From: a bacterium ADurb.Bin212
GTDB lineage: Bacteria > Patescibacteriota > UBA1384 > XYA2-FULL-43-10
Direction: 5' to 3'
Length of the DNA: 64,000 nt
NCBI GenBank assembly: GCA_002070055.1
Contig: MWCM01000004.1
Span: forward strand, 10,257-74,256
In this document: positions 17,044 to 26,829 of the stretch, in pieces
How the letters are laid out: each line of letters starts with the position of its first letter
How positions within the stretch are numbered: position 1 is the stretch's first letter
Program-made: the position numbers and the translations under genes
The notes under the pieces: generated by a model
What the model was told of the DNA's origin: nothing
Seen by the model: only the letters and a program-made list of their open reading frames with translations
Databases searched by the model: none

Positions 17044-18604
17044 AATTGAACCAAGCCCTTAATATTTTTAATATAGTTTTAAATGGTGCTTCGATAATAA
17101 AATCAACCGCTAGTAAGAAAGGATTAAGCCTGTTTAGGCTGTCTGACATCGCCTTGCCCAAAGAGATAAAAGGCAGAAAAATGAATTCGACAAGAGTGGT
17201 TATTGAATCCTGGCTCTTTCTTTTTATCAACAACTCCTTTGAATTTACCCTGATTCTAAAAGATAAAAAAGAAACGGCAGAAACAAACAGAAAGAACAGC
17301 ACTATTGAAACAACGTTAAATTTAAGACGTAACAAAAAAAACACAACTAGAATCAAAACCAACAAAGAGAATATTGCCAAAAGATAATTAAAGAAATTGA
17401 AGGTTTTGGTTCTTTTTTTCTTCTCAATTACTAAAGCCTTTTCGTTAGTAAGTCGACCTGTATTAATAATCTCAAAGAATGCTTCCTTCATTAATTTGGA
17501 GTTTTTTTGTGGGATTTTTGGAATCGTAATGCCGGAGAGAAACATTAAAAATGGCGGGAAAGTGATGTTAGCGATTAAAGGCAACCATAATATATTCCCA
17601 TGTATAGCCCTATCCACTGGAATCTCAATAATAAAAGCCAAAACCGTTTTGGTCATCAACAAAAATATTAAAGCCCTCCATATCCCCCGCCAAATCTTTG
17701 CGTTTGATTGCATTCTAAGTGATTCATAAGACTGGCAAAGATTATTTTCTAATAATATCGGGTTGTCTTCCGCCCATTTTTTGCTAACGTTATTTAACAG
17801 TAGATGCGTCCTGATTACAGAAAAAGGAGAAACCATATTTCTAACTAAAATTAGATATCTACTACGAAGAGGATGGCTTAAGTGTCTTTCAAAAGAGGCC
17901 ATAAACGGATCAATACTTTTTGTGAGATTCTTACAGTCATCAATATCAATTACGAGCCAATTTGTGTGCGTTAATTTTAAAGACCAATAAGACAGATAGC
18001 TGACGTCTGGTTTGAAAATGTTGGTATATATGGCGAGTTTAAGTTGAACAATGTGATCTTGGTCATTAATGTGTTTAATGTTATTTTTGTAATTATCCTT
18101 TATGGCCAAAAACACAAAATCAAGATATTGATTCTCTGCTCTTTTGTCGAATATCTCCTCCTCAATCTCACAAGCGCAAATCCCAGAAAAATATCTAATG
18201 ATTTCTGAATTACTCTTATTAATAGAATTTGCTCTTCGAATTATGGTTAAATATTTATCGAGTATATAATTAACTTTTTTTGATTTACTCTCATCTATGG
18301 TTTTTGGAGTAATATAATTTGCCCATATTAATTCATTTACTAAATCATTATATATCTTCTCTTTTTTTATCTTTACGCTTATCAGGAGGCTGCGCCTGAT
18401 AATTCTAGCCACAGCATTTTTGAACATTAAGTGTGTCTCTTGGTATTCTACCGCTGCACGTAGCTTCTCATACCAAACCGCAGAAGTAATAGCCGAATCG
18501 TTCTCTTCTTCTCCCTCGAATTTGTGCAATTCTGAATATAGCAAAAATGACTTAGCTAACGCTGGTGACAAACCTTCTTTTATTTGATCCGATTCTGGAG
18601 GCAT
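17009..18604 (-). CDS. hypothetical protein with an N-terminal soluble domain and C-terminal multi-TM region (531 aa)
   Basis: Long ORF with no recognised motif. The plus-strand ORFs inside it are probably spurious. Confidence 0.4.
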   Translation of the reverse strand: MPPESDQIKEGLSPALAKSFLLYSELHKFEGEEENDSAITSAVWYEKLRAAVEYQETHLMFKNAVARIIRRSLLISVKIKKEKIYNDLVNELIWANYITPKTIDESKSKKVNYILDKYLTIIRRANSINKSNSEIIRYFSGICACEIEEEIFDKRAENQYLDFVFLAIKDNYKNNIKHINDQDHIVQLKLAIYTNIFKPDVSYLSYWSLKLTHTNWLVIDIDDCKNLTKSIDPFMASFERHLSHPLRSRYLILVRNMVSPFSVIRTHLLLNNVSKKWAEDNPILLENNLCQSYESLRMQSNAKIWRGIWRALIFLLMTKTVLAFIIEIPVDRAIHGNILWLPLIANITFPPFLMFLSGITIPKIPQKNSKLMKEAFFEIINTGRLTNEKALVIEKKKRTKTFNFFNYLLAIFSLLVLILVVFFLLRLKFNVVSIVLFFLFVSAVSFLSFRIRVNSKELLIKRKSQDSITTLVEFIFLPFISLGKAMSDSLNRLNPFLLAVDFIIEAPFKTILKILRAWFNFISLKKEEMEY

Positions 18605-18662
18605 AATGCAATCTTACACAAAGCTGGGAAAAAACTCAATTTTGTGGTAATTTTGATAAGCC

Positions 18663-19610
18663 ATGGAATACACTCATCAATCGATAATGACAAAAGAGAC
18701 ACTGCATTTCCTCAGCTATTTAAGCATACTTAATGAGCCAATTTTTGTTGATGGTACATTAGGATTGGCAGGACATAGCATTAGCTTGGTGGTTGAGAAA
18801 AAAGAATCAAAAATTAAAGTAATCGGAATAGACAAAGACGCAACAGCTCTTAAGATCGCGGAGAAGAAGATCAAAGAAGCTGGTTTAGTTGAAAATTTTG
18901 TTTTAGTGCATGACGATTTTCATAATATCAATGACATTTTGGATAATCTATCCGTAAAAAAAATCGACGGCATGCTACTGGATTTAGGAGTTTCGTCTAT
19001 GCAGTTAGACGACAAAAGCCGTGGTTTTTCTTTTTCTAATCCAGAGATAGCCCTAGATATGCGCATGGACCAGAGTCAAAGTAAAAGCGCCTTCACTGTT
19101 GTAAACACCTACAATCAAAAACGACTCGAAGATGTGTTAAAAAATGGTGAAGAATGGCACTTTCGAAAAATTGCCGCCGCCATAGTTAGCTCGCGTAAAA
19201 CTGGACCTATTGTTACCGTGGGTGATCTTTTAAAAGTAATCAATGCAGCTACCTCCAAAAAATACTCAAAAACACACCCGGGCACAGATACCTTTAGGGC
19301 TTTAAGGCTTGAAGTTAATGATGAGATATCAAGATTGGCTAAAACAATCAACCACATAGTACAGATTCTCGCTCCCGGTGGTCGATTAGCAATAATTACC
19401 TTCCACTCCCTAGAGGACAGAATCGTAAAAAATATATTTAAACAATTAGCTGATCCTTGCACATGCCCTGCGCAATTGCCAAAATGCATATGCGGGAAAA
19501 CACCAAAAGTAAAAGTATTAACAAAAAAACCGATCACACCATCTTCAGACGAGATCAAAATAAACCCGCGCTCTCGCAGTGCTAAGCTCCGTGTTATAGA
19601 GAAATTGTAG
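18663..19610 (+). CDS. rsmH: 16S rRNA (cytosine1402-N4)-methyltransferase RsmH (MraW)
   Basis: RsmH motifs are FVDGTLGLAGHS, DGMLLDLGVSSMQLD and ITFHSLEDRIVKN. Confidence 0.9.
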   Translation: MEYTHQSIMTKETLHFLSYLSILNEPIFVDGTLGLAGHSISLVVEKKESKIKVIGIDKDATALKIAEKKIKEAGLVENFVLVHDDFHNINDILDNLSVKKIDGMLLDLGVSSMQLDDKSRGFSFSNPEIALDMRMDQSQSKSAFTVVNTYNQKRLEDVLKNGEEWHFRKIAAAIVSSRKTGPIVTVGDLLKVINAATSKKYSKTHPGTDTFRALRLEVNDEISRLAKTINHIVQILAPGGRLAIITFHSLEDRIVKNIFKQLADPCTCPAQLPKCICGKTPKVKVLTKKPITPSSDEIKINPRSRSAKLRVIEKL

Positions 19611-19770
19611 GGCGAGGTCGCAAATTAAACCAATTAGAATAGAGTGCTAGGCCAGAGGTTGCTTCTACAGAGGTTAAAACCGATATGATTAGTCTTTTCT
19701 GTTTAGATATGTGAAGGAAATCAGTGGCAGTGTTCTCCTAATTATTAATTACGAATAAGCTAAAAAGCCA

Positions 19771-20433
19771 ATGCCCAAAAAGCTGTTATTACATTCCTGC
19801 TGCGCGCCTTGTCTTACATCTGTTTACGAAAAGTTGTCGCCACTGTATGACATCACAGTATTTTGGTATAACCCCAATATTTGGCCACAAACCGAACATG
19901 ATAAACGGCTAAAAACCCTCAGAGATTATTGCAAAAAGATAGGCGCAAATTTGTTGATTGGCGAGTATGATTATTATTCTGAACACAAATATTGGTTAAA
20001 TAGTATTAAAGGATTTGAAAATGAGCCGGAAAAGGGAAAGCGCTGCGAAATTTGCTTTCGCTTGCGCCTAGAAGCTACGGCGCATACCGCTTTAGCGCTT
20101 TCAAAGAGACACGATAATCCAGTAAAGATTGAATATTTTGCAACCGAGCTATCTGTTTCCCCGCACAAAAACGCGAAATTACTTAATCAAATCGGCAAAT
20201 CGATTGAACAGGAAATGTCAGGTTACTCTGATTATGATCTTATCCGCGCCGAGCAAAGTCTGACAGCTTCAAATTTTGATAACGATTCGACGCACCTTAA
20301 CAATCATCCGAATCCCAAATATCTATCTTCCGACTTTAAGAAAGATAACGGATTCAAGCGGTCTGTAGAAATATGTCGTGAGCACAATATTTACCGCCAA
20401 AATTACTGTGGATGTGAGTTTTCGCTTTATTAA
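19771..20433 (+). CDS. queH: epoxyqueuosine reductase QueH (DUF208)
   Basis: It carries LLHSCCAPC, CEICFRLRL and CGCEFS, the QueH cysteine pattern. Confidence 0.75.
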   Translation: MPKKLLLHSCCAPCLTSVYEKLSPLYDITVFWYNPNIWPQTEHDKRLKTLRDYCKKIGANLLIGEYDYYSEHKYWLNSIKGFENEPEKGKRCEICFRLRLEATAHTALALSKRHDNPVKIEYFATELSVSPHKNAKLLNQIGKSIEQEMSGYSDYDLIRAEQSLTASNFDNDSTHLNNHPNPKYLSSDFKKDNGFKRSVEICREHNIYRQNYCGCEFSLY

Positions 20434-20647
20434 AATAATAAAATTTTTGACAATAATTAAATTAAGCAAAGTTATTCTAAAAAACAAGCCCAAAAACTCT
20501 TTTTGTGAAATTCATGCTTTCTTCAAATCAGAGAATATAATTGCTCATTATCGAGATAATTAACAGAACTCTAATAATACTGAAAGATCGACCTGAATTA
20601 CCAGAAATTAAAGTTTGGTTTAGGCAGATAATTCCATTTAACAACAA

Positions 20648-20676
20648 TTGACAGCACAGCCTTTATCCACGATAAT
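20648..20676 (+). promoter_or_regulatory. sigma70-like promoter for the 20711 gene
   Basis: TTGACA, a 17-bp spacer, then GATAAT, about 35 bp upstream of GGAGG and the ATG. Confidence 0.5.
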
Positions 20677-20710
20677 ATAGTTGCATAATATATAAATCGG
20701 AGGGGATGCA

Positions 20711-21211
20711 ATGCCGCTTCCCACATGGGATGTATTTATTATAATAGCATTTATTTTAAGTGTTGCTTACGGCTTCATTTTAAGGCGCGAAAAAACTATT
20801 ACCGTTTTGTGCTCAACATATATTGGCATTGTAATAGCCAGTAATTTTTCAAATTATTTATATGAACTTTTTAACGGTGATAAATTTATTGCCGGACAGG
20901 TTTGGATTAAATCAGACGCATCACTGCCGACAATTTCTATAGCTCTGCTACTTATATCTAGCTTTTTTATCTCTGGAGCTATTAACTCAACCAGCAATAA
21001 AGCAGGAGATATTTCTCCTTTCGAAATATTTTTATATAGTACTCTAAATATGGCGCTAATAATAGCTACGATATTAAACTTCTTACCAGAAGAGACACGC
21101 ATAATGGCCAACAACTCGTCCAAGATTGCCAACATTATTTACTCATATCACACAGTTTGGGTAATTGCTCCACCTATATTGCTAATTTTCCTAAATTTTA
21201 GAAAAAAATAG
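20711..21211 (+). CDS. small membrane protein (possibly CvpA-like)
   Basis: Four predicted TM helices. GGAGGGG ribosome-binding site. Confidence 0.4.
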   Translation: MPLPTWDVFIIIAFILSVAYGFILRREKTITVLCSTYIGIVIASNFSNYLYELFNGDKFIAGQVWIKSDASLPTISIALLLISSFFISGAINSTSNKAGDISPFEIFLYSTLNMALIIATILNFLPEETRIMANNSSKIANIIYSYHTVWVIAPPILLIFLNFRKK

Positions 21212-21257
21212 CACGAGGTGTTGGTAAATAAAAAAACTGGTCGCAAGATCAGTTTTT

Positions 21258-21332
21258 TGGTGGGTCGCCTGGGACTCGAACCCAGAACCAATGGCTTAAA
21301 AGGCCACTGCTCTACCATTGAGCTAACGACCC
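21258..21332 (-). tRNA. tRNA-Lys (anticodon UUU)
   Basis: Reverse complement is GGGTCGTTAGCTCAATGGTAGAGCAGTGGCCTTTTAAGCCATTGGTTCTGGGTTCGAGTCCCAGGCGACCCACCA. The anticodon loop is CTTTTAA. T-arm is GGTTCGAGTCC. CCA is encoded. Confidence 0.85.
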
Positions 21333-21391
21333 GAACAATTAACAAAAAAATGATACCAAAAAAAGCCGCCTTAGTCAAAACCCTTAGCAGA

Positions 21392-23278
21392 TTAGTCGTT
21401 CCTCAAAACTTTAACGAAAACATCACTAGGGATATTTACCCTGCCCATCATCTTCATCTTCTTTTTACCCTTCTTCTGCTTATCTAGAAGCTTATTTTTC
21501 CTAGTCACATCACCACCATAGAGCTTGGCAGTCACGTCTTTGCGCATCGGAGATATTCGGTTGGAAGCTATTATATTGGAGCCAATAGCTGCTTGAATCT
21601 TTACTTCAAAGTTCTGTCTGGGGATAAGATTTTTTAACCTATCGACAATTCTTCTCGCCTCGCTCTGTGCCTTAGAGGAGTGAATAATAAAGCTAAGAGC
21701 GTCTACTCTATCTTCGGCAATAATAATGTCCACCTTTTGAAGCTGTGCCTCTTTGTATTCACTAAACTCATAATTTAAAGAGGCGTAACCTGATGATATG
21801 CTTTTAAGCAAGTCGTAGTAATCAATGATTAGCTCGTTAATTGGTATCTGATATTTAATTATTACCCTTTCGGTATCAAGATATTCGGTATTTATATAAA
21901 CACCTCTTTTATTTCTAGTGAGTTCCATAATATTGCCGATGTACTCCTTTGGCGTTATAACCTCTAAATCTGCCCAAGGCTCAAACATCGTTCTATATGA
22001 ACCAGCAAGAGGCAGATCTGTAGCCTTCTCGATTACCGCCTCGGTGTTATTATTTAGTATTACTTTGTATGATACTGTAGGACTAGTGATTACAAGGTCT
22101 AGGTCAAATTCTCTTTCTAGCCTCTCCCTCACAATGTCCATGTGTAGCAAACCTAAGAAACCGCACCTGAACCCATGGCCAAGAGCCTCTGAACTTTCCG
22201 CATCGAAACTCAGCGAAGCATCGTTGAGCTTGAGTTTATCAATTGCCTCTTTTAAATTCGGATATTGATCCGACTCTGTGCAAAATATTGAAGCAAAAAC
22301 GAACGGCTTAACTTTTTTATATCCGGGCAGGGGAGAGAGCGCTTGATTTTTTTTGTGCGTCACTGTATCACCAACAGCAGCTTCAGAAACATCTCTAAAA
22401 CCTGTAACCACATAACCAATTTCGCCAACGGATAGGGGAGAGTGCGGCAAGTATTTTGGTCTAAAAACGCCAACATCCTCAGATCTACCGAATTTTTTTG
22501 TTTCCATTAATTGAATTTCGTCATCCTTGCTCAGTTGACCATCAAAAAGTCTTAAATATGCAACAACTCCGCGATAAGGATCATAGTTGGAGTCAAATAT
22601 TAATGCTCTCAAGGGAGCACTTTGATCCCCCGTTGGAGCCGGCACCTTCTCAACTATCGCATCAAGAATTTCTTCAACTCCCTCACCGGTTTTACCTGAA
22701 GCATAATATATGTCGTTCTTGCTGCAACCCAAGAGTTTAATTATCTCCTCAGTGACCTCATCCACCCTAGCTGCAGCCAAATCAATTTTATTAACTACCG
22801 GGATAATTACCAAATTATGTTCAAGCGCCGCATATAGAGTCGACAAAGTCTGAGCCTCTACACCTTGAGTCGCGTCCACCAGTAGCAGTGCCCCTTCTAC
22901 TGCCGCCAATGACCTTGATACTTCATAAGAAAAATCTACATGACCAGGAGTATCTATCAGATTCAAAATATATTTTAAATCTGAATTTTCAATTTTCAAT
23001 TCACAATTTTCAGTTTTAGATTGAGAATTTGAATTTGGAAATTGTTTGATTATTGTGTCTTGTATCTTGGGATTTTTCGGATGCCATTCCATCCTCACTG
23101 GAGCAAGTTTGATGGTTATGCCTCGCTCACGCTCAAGGTCCATTTGATCAAGTAATTGCTCTTTCATCTGACGAGCTTCTACGGTATTTGTAACTTCAAG
23201 CATACGGTCAGCCAGAGTCGACTTTCCGTGATCTATATGAGCAATAATACAAAAATTTCGGATTTTTGATTGATCCAT
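21392..23278 (-). CDS. lepA: elongation factor 4 (LepA) with a ~40-aa low-complexity insertion in the G domain
   Basis: N-terminus is IRNFCIIAHIDHGKSTLADRMLE. Later comes NLIDTPGHVDFSYEV. It is collinear with LepA throughout. Confidence 0.95.
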   Translation of the reverse strand: MDQSKIRNFCIIAHIDHGKSTLADRMLEVTNTVEARQMKEQLLDQMDLERERGITIKLAPVRMEWHPKNPKIQDTIIKQFPNSNSQSKTENCELKIENSDLKYILNLIDTPGHVDFSYEVSRSLAAVEGALLLVDATQGVEAQTLSTLYAALEHNLVIIPVVNKIDLAAARVDEVTEEIIKLLGCSKNDIYYASGKTGEGVEEILDAIVEKVPAPTGDQSAPLRALIFDSNYDPYRGVVAYLRLFDGQLSKDDEIQLMETKKFGRSEDVGVFRPKYLPHSPLSVGEIGYVVTGFRDVSEAAVGDTVTHKKNQALSPLPGYKKVKPFVFASIFCTESDQYPNLKEAIDKLKLNDASLSFDAESSEALGHGFRCGFLGLLHMDIVRERLEREFDLDLVITSPTVSYKVILNNNTEAVIEKATDLPLAGSYRTMFEPWADLEVITPKEYIGNIMELTRNKRGVYINTEYLDTERVIIKYQIPINELIIDYYDLLKSISSGYASLNYEFSEYKEAQLQKVDIIIAEDRVDALSFIIHSSKAQSEARRIVDRLKNLIPRQNFEVKIQAAIGSNIIASNRISPMRKDVTAKLYGGDVTRKNKLLDKQKKGKKKMKMMGRVNIPSDVFVKVLRND

Positions 23279-23317
23279 ACTACAAATTTAGCACATCATC
23301 AAGTAAAAATCGAGTCT

Positions 23318-24130
23318 TTAGCTCGAAAACAAGCGGGCAAAAAAACTTTTGGGTCTTTTTGACTCAACATCTTGTTTAATTTCTAATACAACTTGCGAAG
23401 CATAATCTCGACTTTTTGTGAGTATCTCTTCGAATTTATCAAAATTATACCATCTATAACCATCAACAGGCGGCAGGTAACAGAAGTCGGCACTTGAAAC
23501 CTGAATCTTTTCTAATTCGTAAAGCATTATATCTAACGCCCTGGAAACAACCTGAGCCCGATTTAAAGGTTTTCTATCGCTTATCTCTTTTAGAGTGTTT
23601 AGAGATGAAGCTATTACATAATTACAACCGTGTCTTTTTAGAACATCGGTCGGCAGATTGTTTGTAATTCCCCCATCAGACAATCTTAATCCGCCGAAGT
23701 GTTGTAGTGGGAAAACTCCCGGGTAAGCAGACGAAGCCATAATAGATTTCACCAGATCGCCTCGACTCAATTCAACACAATCACCGCTATCTAAATTTGT
23801 TGCCAATAAGACCAAATCTATCTTAAGGTCGCTAAATTTTGCATCAGGCATTAAATCGCTTAATATGTCTTCAATTTTTTTAAAAAAGGTGTCAGGGTTT
23901 AAATTAAAAAAAATCCTTTTTTTTGAAAACAGATCTTTCTCTCTGACTACTTTTAAAAATTCAATAACCAGATTTACACCACCATAAGAGTAAAGTGCGC
24001 CAACTACAGAACCGGCAGAGGTTCCTGCTACCATATCAATTTTGATATCGTTTTTTTCTAATTCTTCCAAAAGAGCAAGATGGGCTACTCCCAGAACGCC
24101 ACCGCCACCTAAAGCCAAACCTATTTTCAT
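23318..24130 (-). CDS. patatin-like phospholipase
   Basis: Oxyanion GLALGGGGVLG, serine motif GTSAGS, and a later DGG. Confidence 0.8.
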   Translation of the reverse strand: MKIGLALGGGGVLGVAHLALLEELEKNDIKIDMVAGTSAGSVVGALYSYGGVNLVIEFLKVVREKDLFSKKRIFFNLNPDTFFKKIEDILSDLMPDAKFSDLKIDLVLLATNLDSGDCVELSRGDLVKSIMASSAYPGVFPLQHFGGLRLSDGGITNNLPTDVLKRHGCNYVIASSLNTLKEISDRKPLNRAQVVSRALDIMLYELEKIQVSSADFCYLPPVDGYRWYNFDKFEEILTKSRDYASQVVLEIKQDVESKRPKSFFARLFSS

Positions 24131-24963
24131 TTCCTCAGCTCCTTTAATATTTTTATGCTATCAATATCAGTTTTACCCTTATTTCCAGGAGTCTCAATAA
24201 TGCCAGGCAGCTCTTTTAGCAATTTATGGTTGATGATATTTTTAAAAGCATCCTTGCCAATGTATCCGTCTCCAATGTCTGCATGTCTGTCTCGCAAGCT
24301 ACCTAGTGGCACAGCCGAGTCGTTCAAATGTAGGCAGACCAGTCTGCCGAGCCCAATGGTTTTATCAAATATTCCCAAAGTATCTTCTAAACCCCCTGTT
24401 GTAACTAAATTATATCCTGAAGCATATGCATGAGCTGTGTCTAGTGTTACCTTTAAACGGTCTGATCCCACAGCTTTTATGATTTGAGCCAACTCCTCAA
24501 ACTTATCACCGATAATATTGCCGGCACCGGCAGAGTTCTCAAGTATTAATGCCTGGGATTCCGGCGTTGCAGCTAAAATATTTTTTATAGCCGACGTGAT
24601 TTTTGTTAGCACTTCTGAAAATGATTTACCCTTGGTAGATCCAACGTGAAAATTAACTCCAATGCCACCGAGTTTCTCAGATTTTTTCATGTCATCAATT
24701 AACGACTGGACAGATGCTTCATAATAAAAAGGGTTATCGCTTGCCAAATTAATAAGATAAATACCGTGAACCACGATCGGCAATATTTTTATTCCTGAAT
24801 TTAACTCTTTGAAGTTGTCTAGCTCTTCTTTCCTGATGACAGTTGGATTCCAACGTTGTGGCGCATTACAAAAAATCTGCATACACTCACAGCCGATATC
24901 GGCAGCGCGGTTAACTGCCTCAGAAAAAGGTTCTCTGGTTGAAACATGCGCACCAATTTTCAT
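24127..24963 (-). CDS. nfo: endonuclease IV (AP endonuclease, xylose-isomerase-like TIM barrel)
   Basis: N-terminus is MKIGAHVSTREPFSEAVNRAADIGCECMQIF, the Nfo N-terminal pattern. Length is 278 aa. Confidence 0.75.
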   Translation of the reverse strand: MKIGAHVSTREPFSEAVNRAADIGCECMQIFCNAPQRWNPTVIRKEELDNFKELNSGIKILPIVVHGIYLINLASDNPFYYEASVQSLIDDMKKSEKLGGIGVNFHVGSTKGKSFSEVLTKITSAIKNILAATPESQALILENSAGAGNIIGDKFEELAQIIKAVGSDRLKVTLDTAHAYASGYNLVTTGGLEDTLGIFDKTIGLGRLVCLHLNDSAVPLGSLRDRHADIGDGYIGKDAFKNIINHKLLKELPGIIETPGNKGKTDIDSIKILKELRK

Positions 24964-25013
24964 AACAAATTTCCAAATCTCTTTTATCTAATTTTAAATT
25001 TCCAAATAATATA

Positions 25014-25433
25014 TCATTTGATCATGGATAGATCACCATTAATTACCACCGGAGACATGGCAATAATCTCAGATGTATAACTGCAATCTGGCATAGGGTT
25101 ATACAGATAAATTGGCTTATTCAAAACATGTGCAAAACCGATTTCTAAAAAAGTATTACCTCCTATATAATTTTTTAGATTGCCCTTGTCCTGATTTATA
25201 ACCAATAGAGCATCACTTTCAGCAATTTTTTTAAAATAACCACGAATCAAGTCATGTTCAATTTTATGTTCCGACGACTCCCACTTTTGTTCAAGCTTCA
25301 GTTCACCACTAGCATATTTGTCGATATTTCTAGGGATGATTACTTCGTGACCATTCTGCTCTAACCCATCCTTGATTTGCAGACACAAATTTGCAGCTGA
25401 CATGCTACATGCAATGATTATTTTCATTTCCAA
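25014..25433 (-). CDS. nucleoside 2-deoxyribosyltransferase-like Rossmann-fold protein (tentative)
   Basis: Carries DALLVINQD...GGNTFLEIGFAHVLNKPIYL, resembling NDT/DUF4406 family proteins. Confidence 0.35.
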   Translation of the reverse strand: MEMKIIIACSMSAANLCLQIKDGLEQNGHEVIIPRNIDKYASGELKLEQKWESSEHKIEHDLIRGYFKKIAESDALLVINQDKGNLKNYIGGNTFLEIGFAHVLNKPIYLYNPMPDCSYTSEIIAMSPVVINGDLSMIK

Positions 25434-26116
25434 AACCTTTCGAATTTCACCTCAAGAGTATCAAGGTCCATTATAGCACAGTGACCAAGATAGGCTCCAG
25501 CTAATTTTATTACTTTGGTTGAACCCAGGTAGCCAATTCCCCAAGTGTGATGAACGTGACCACAGATATGAACCAGTGGTGCATCTGATAGCTTGATGGG
25601 ACTATTGTTAATTTGTTTCATTGTTAAATTGTTGGTCTTTTGACTGATAGTGTTTCCAACCGTGTCCTCCAATGGACTTACAGGATTCCTGTCAAATTTT
25701 TCATAATGACTTATGCCAGGTGGGGGGACATGTGAGATAAAAATACTGCCAGCTATCGCTTTCTTGTCCACACTTCGCTCGCCTTGATATTGGCCAGCCC
25801 AAGAAGCAGGGGAGCCGCCGACTCCGGTAAAATTGCATCCGGCAAAATCGACCAACCTACCTTCCAGAGATTTATATCTAGCCACCAATTTATGATACGC
25901 ACGACCAAAATCGTTATTACCTGGCACCCAAAAGAAAGGGGCATTTGATTCATCAATAGTCCAAATTAATTCCTCTATAAAACCAACTGGTTCCCCCATA
26001 TCAACGGCATCTCCGGCAAAGACTACCAAGTCAAAACCGCTATCCCTTTTTAGTCCAGAAATAGCAGACAACACCTTATAAGAAGAGTGTATATCGGATA
26101 TAAGTAGTGCCCTCAT
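25424..26116 (-). CDS. calcineurin-like metallophosphoesterase
   Basis: Motifs are LLISDIHS, FAGDAVDMG, PGNND and ICGHVHH. Confidence 0.75.
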   Translation of the reverse strand: MRALLISDIHSSYKVLSAISGLKRDSGFDLVVFAGDAVDMGEPVGFIEELIWTIDESNAPFFWVPGNNDFGRAYHKLVARYKSLEGRLVDFAGCNFTGVGGSPASWAGQYQGERSVDKKAIAGSIFISHVPPPGISHYEKFDRNPVSPLEDTVGNTISQKTNNLTMKQINNSPIKLSDAPLVHICGHVHHTWGIGYLGSTKVIKLAGAYLGHCAIMDLDTLEVKFERFWK

Positions 26117-26121
26117 TGAGT

Positions 26122-26829
26122 CTACCCCTTTTTGGAAACCTCAATAATTAGCTTCTCTTTGGAAGTATAAGCACTTACAACTTCTAATTCAGCGTCATAC
26201 AATGCTCTTGTTTTCATTAAACGAACAAGATATTGACTAACATTATCCCGAATGCCTTTTGGCAACGAGATAGCGCCACTCGCTAGCTCATCTAAAACGA
26301 AAGTGAGCTGGCCGCCATCAATTTTTGGTCTCACAACTGTGTGAACCGGCAAAGAATACCAGTTGTCACTCGTTCTGCCAGAAACTATTATTCCTCTCTC
26401 TTCAATTCTTAAGCTTGATCTTTTAAGTGGAAAATCCTCATCATAGATACCCAAGTATCCAGAGACATCAACCTCGGAGTATTCTAATAATAGTGTTTCT
26501 CCAGGCAATAGTTCTTTTGTATTATCAATAAAATCCGACTGCAAACTTTCTTGAGTCTCAGAACGGTTTTGTGCTATATAGTCTATGCCAATTTTTGTAT
26601 AATTTTTAATGTATACAAGAAAATAAATTATTAGAATGAATATTATTAACAATAATAAACCAACCATCGGCAGTGAGCAATTTCTATTATTTTTCTTTTT
26701 ATCCAACTCACGATAAAAATCCCTTTCCTTCATATTTACTTGCGGCTCTTTTTCCGAAAGGTTTAGGGCATCTTTAATCCCGTTTTTTATCTTTGATATC
26801 TTATTTAAATCATATTTGTTTTCAGACAT
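26122..26829 (-). CDS. hypothetical membrane-anchored protein, overlaps the murJ stop
   Basis: Single TM (LLLLIIFILIIYFLVYI), then a soluble domain. Confidence 0.4.
   Translation of the reverse strand: MSENKYDLNKISKIKNGIKDALNLSEKEPQVNMKERDFYRELDKKKNNRNCSLPMVGLLLLIIFILIIYFLVYIKNYTKIGIDYIAQNRSETQESLQSDFIDNTKELLPGETLLLEYSEVDVSGYLGIYDEDFPLKRSSLRIEERGIIVSGRTSDNWYSLPVHTVVRPKIDGGQLTFVLDELASGAISLPKGIRDNVSQYLVRLMKTRALYDAELEVVSAYTSKEKLIIEVSKKG

Noticed and set aside
19611-19770. Possible preQ1 riboswitch upstream of queH
   Set aside because: The region contains CAGAGG direct repeats. I found no P1 hairpin and A-rich tail matching the preQ1-I or preQ1-II consensus on either strand. A covariance-model search would be needed to revisit this.
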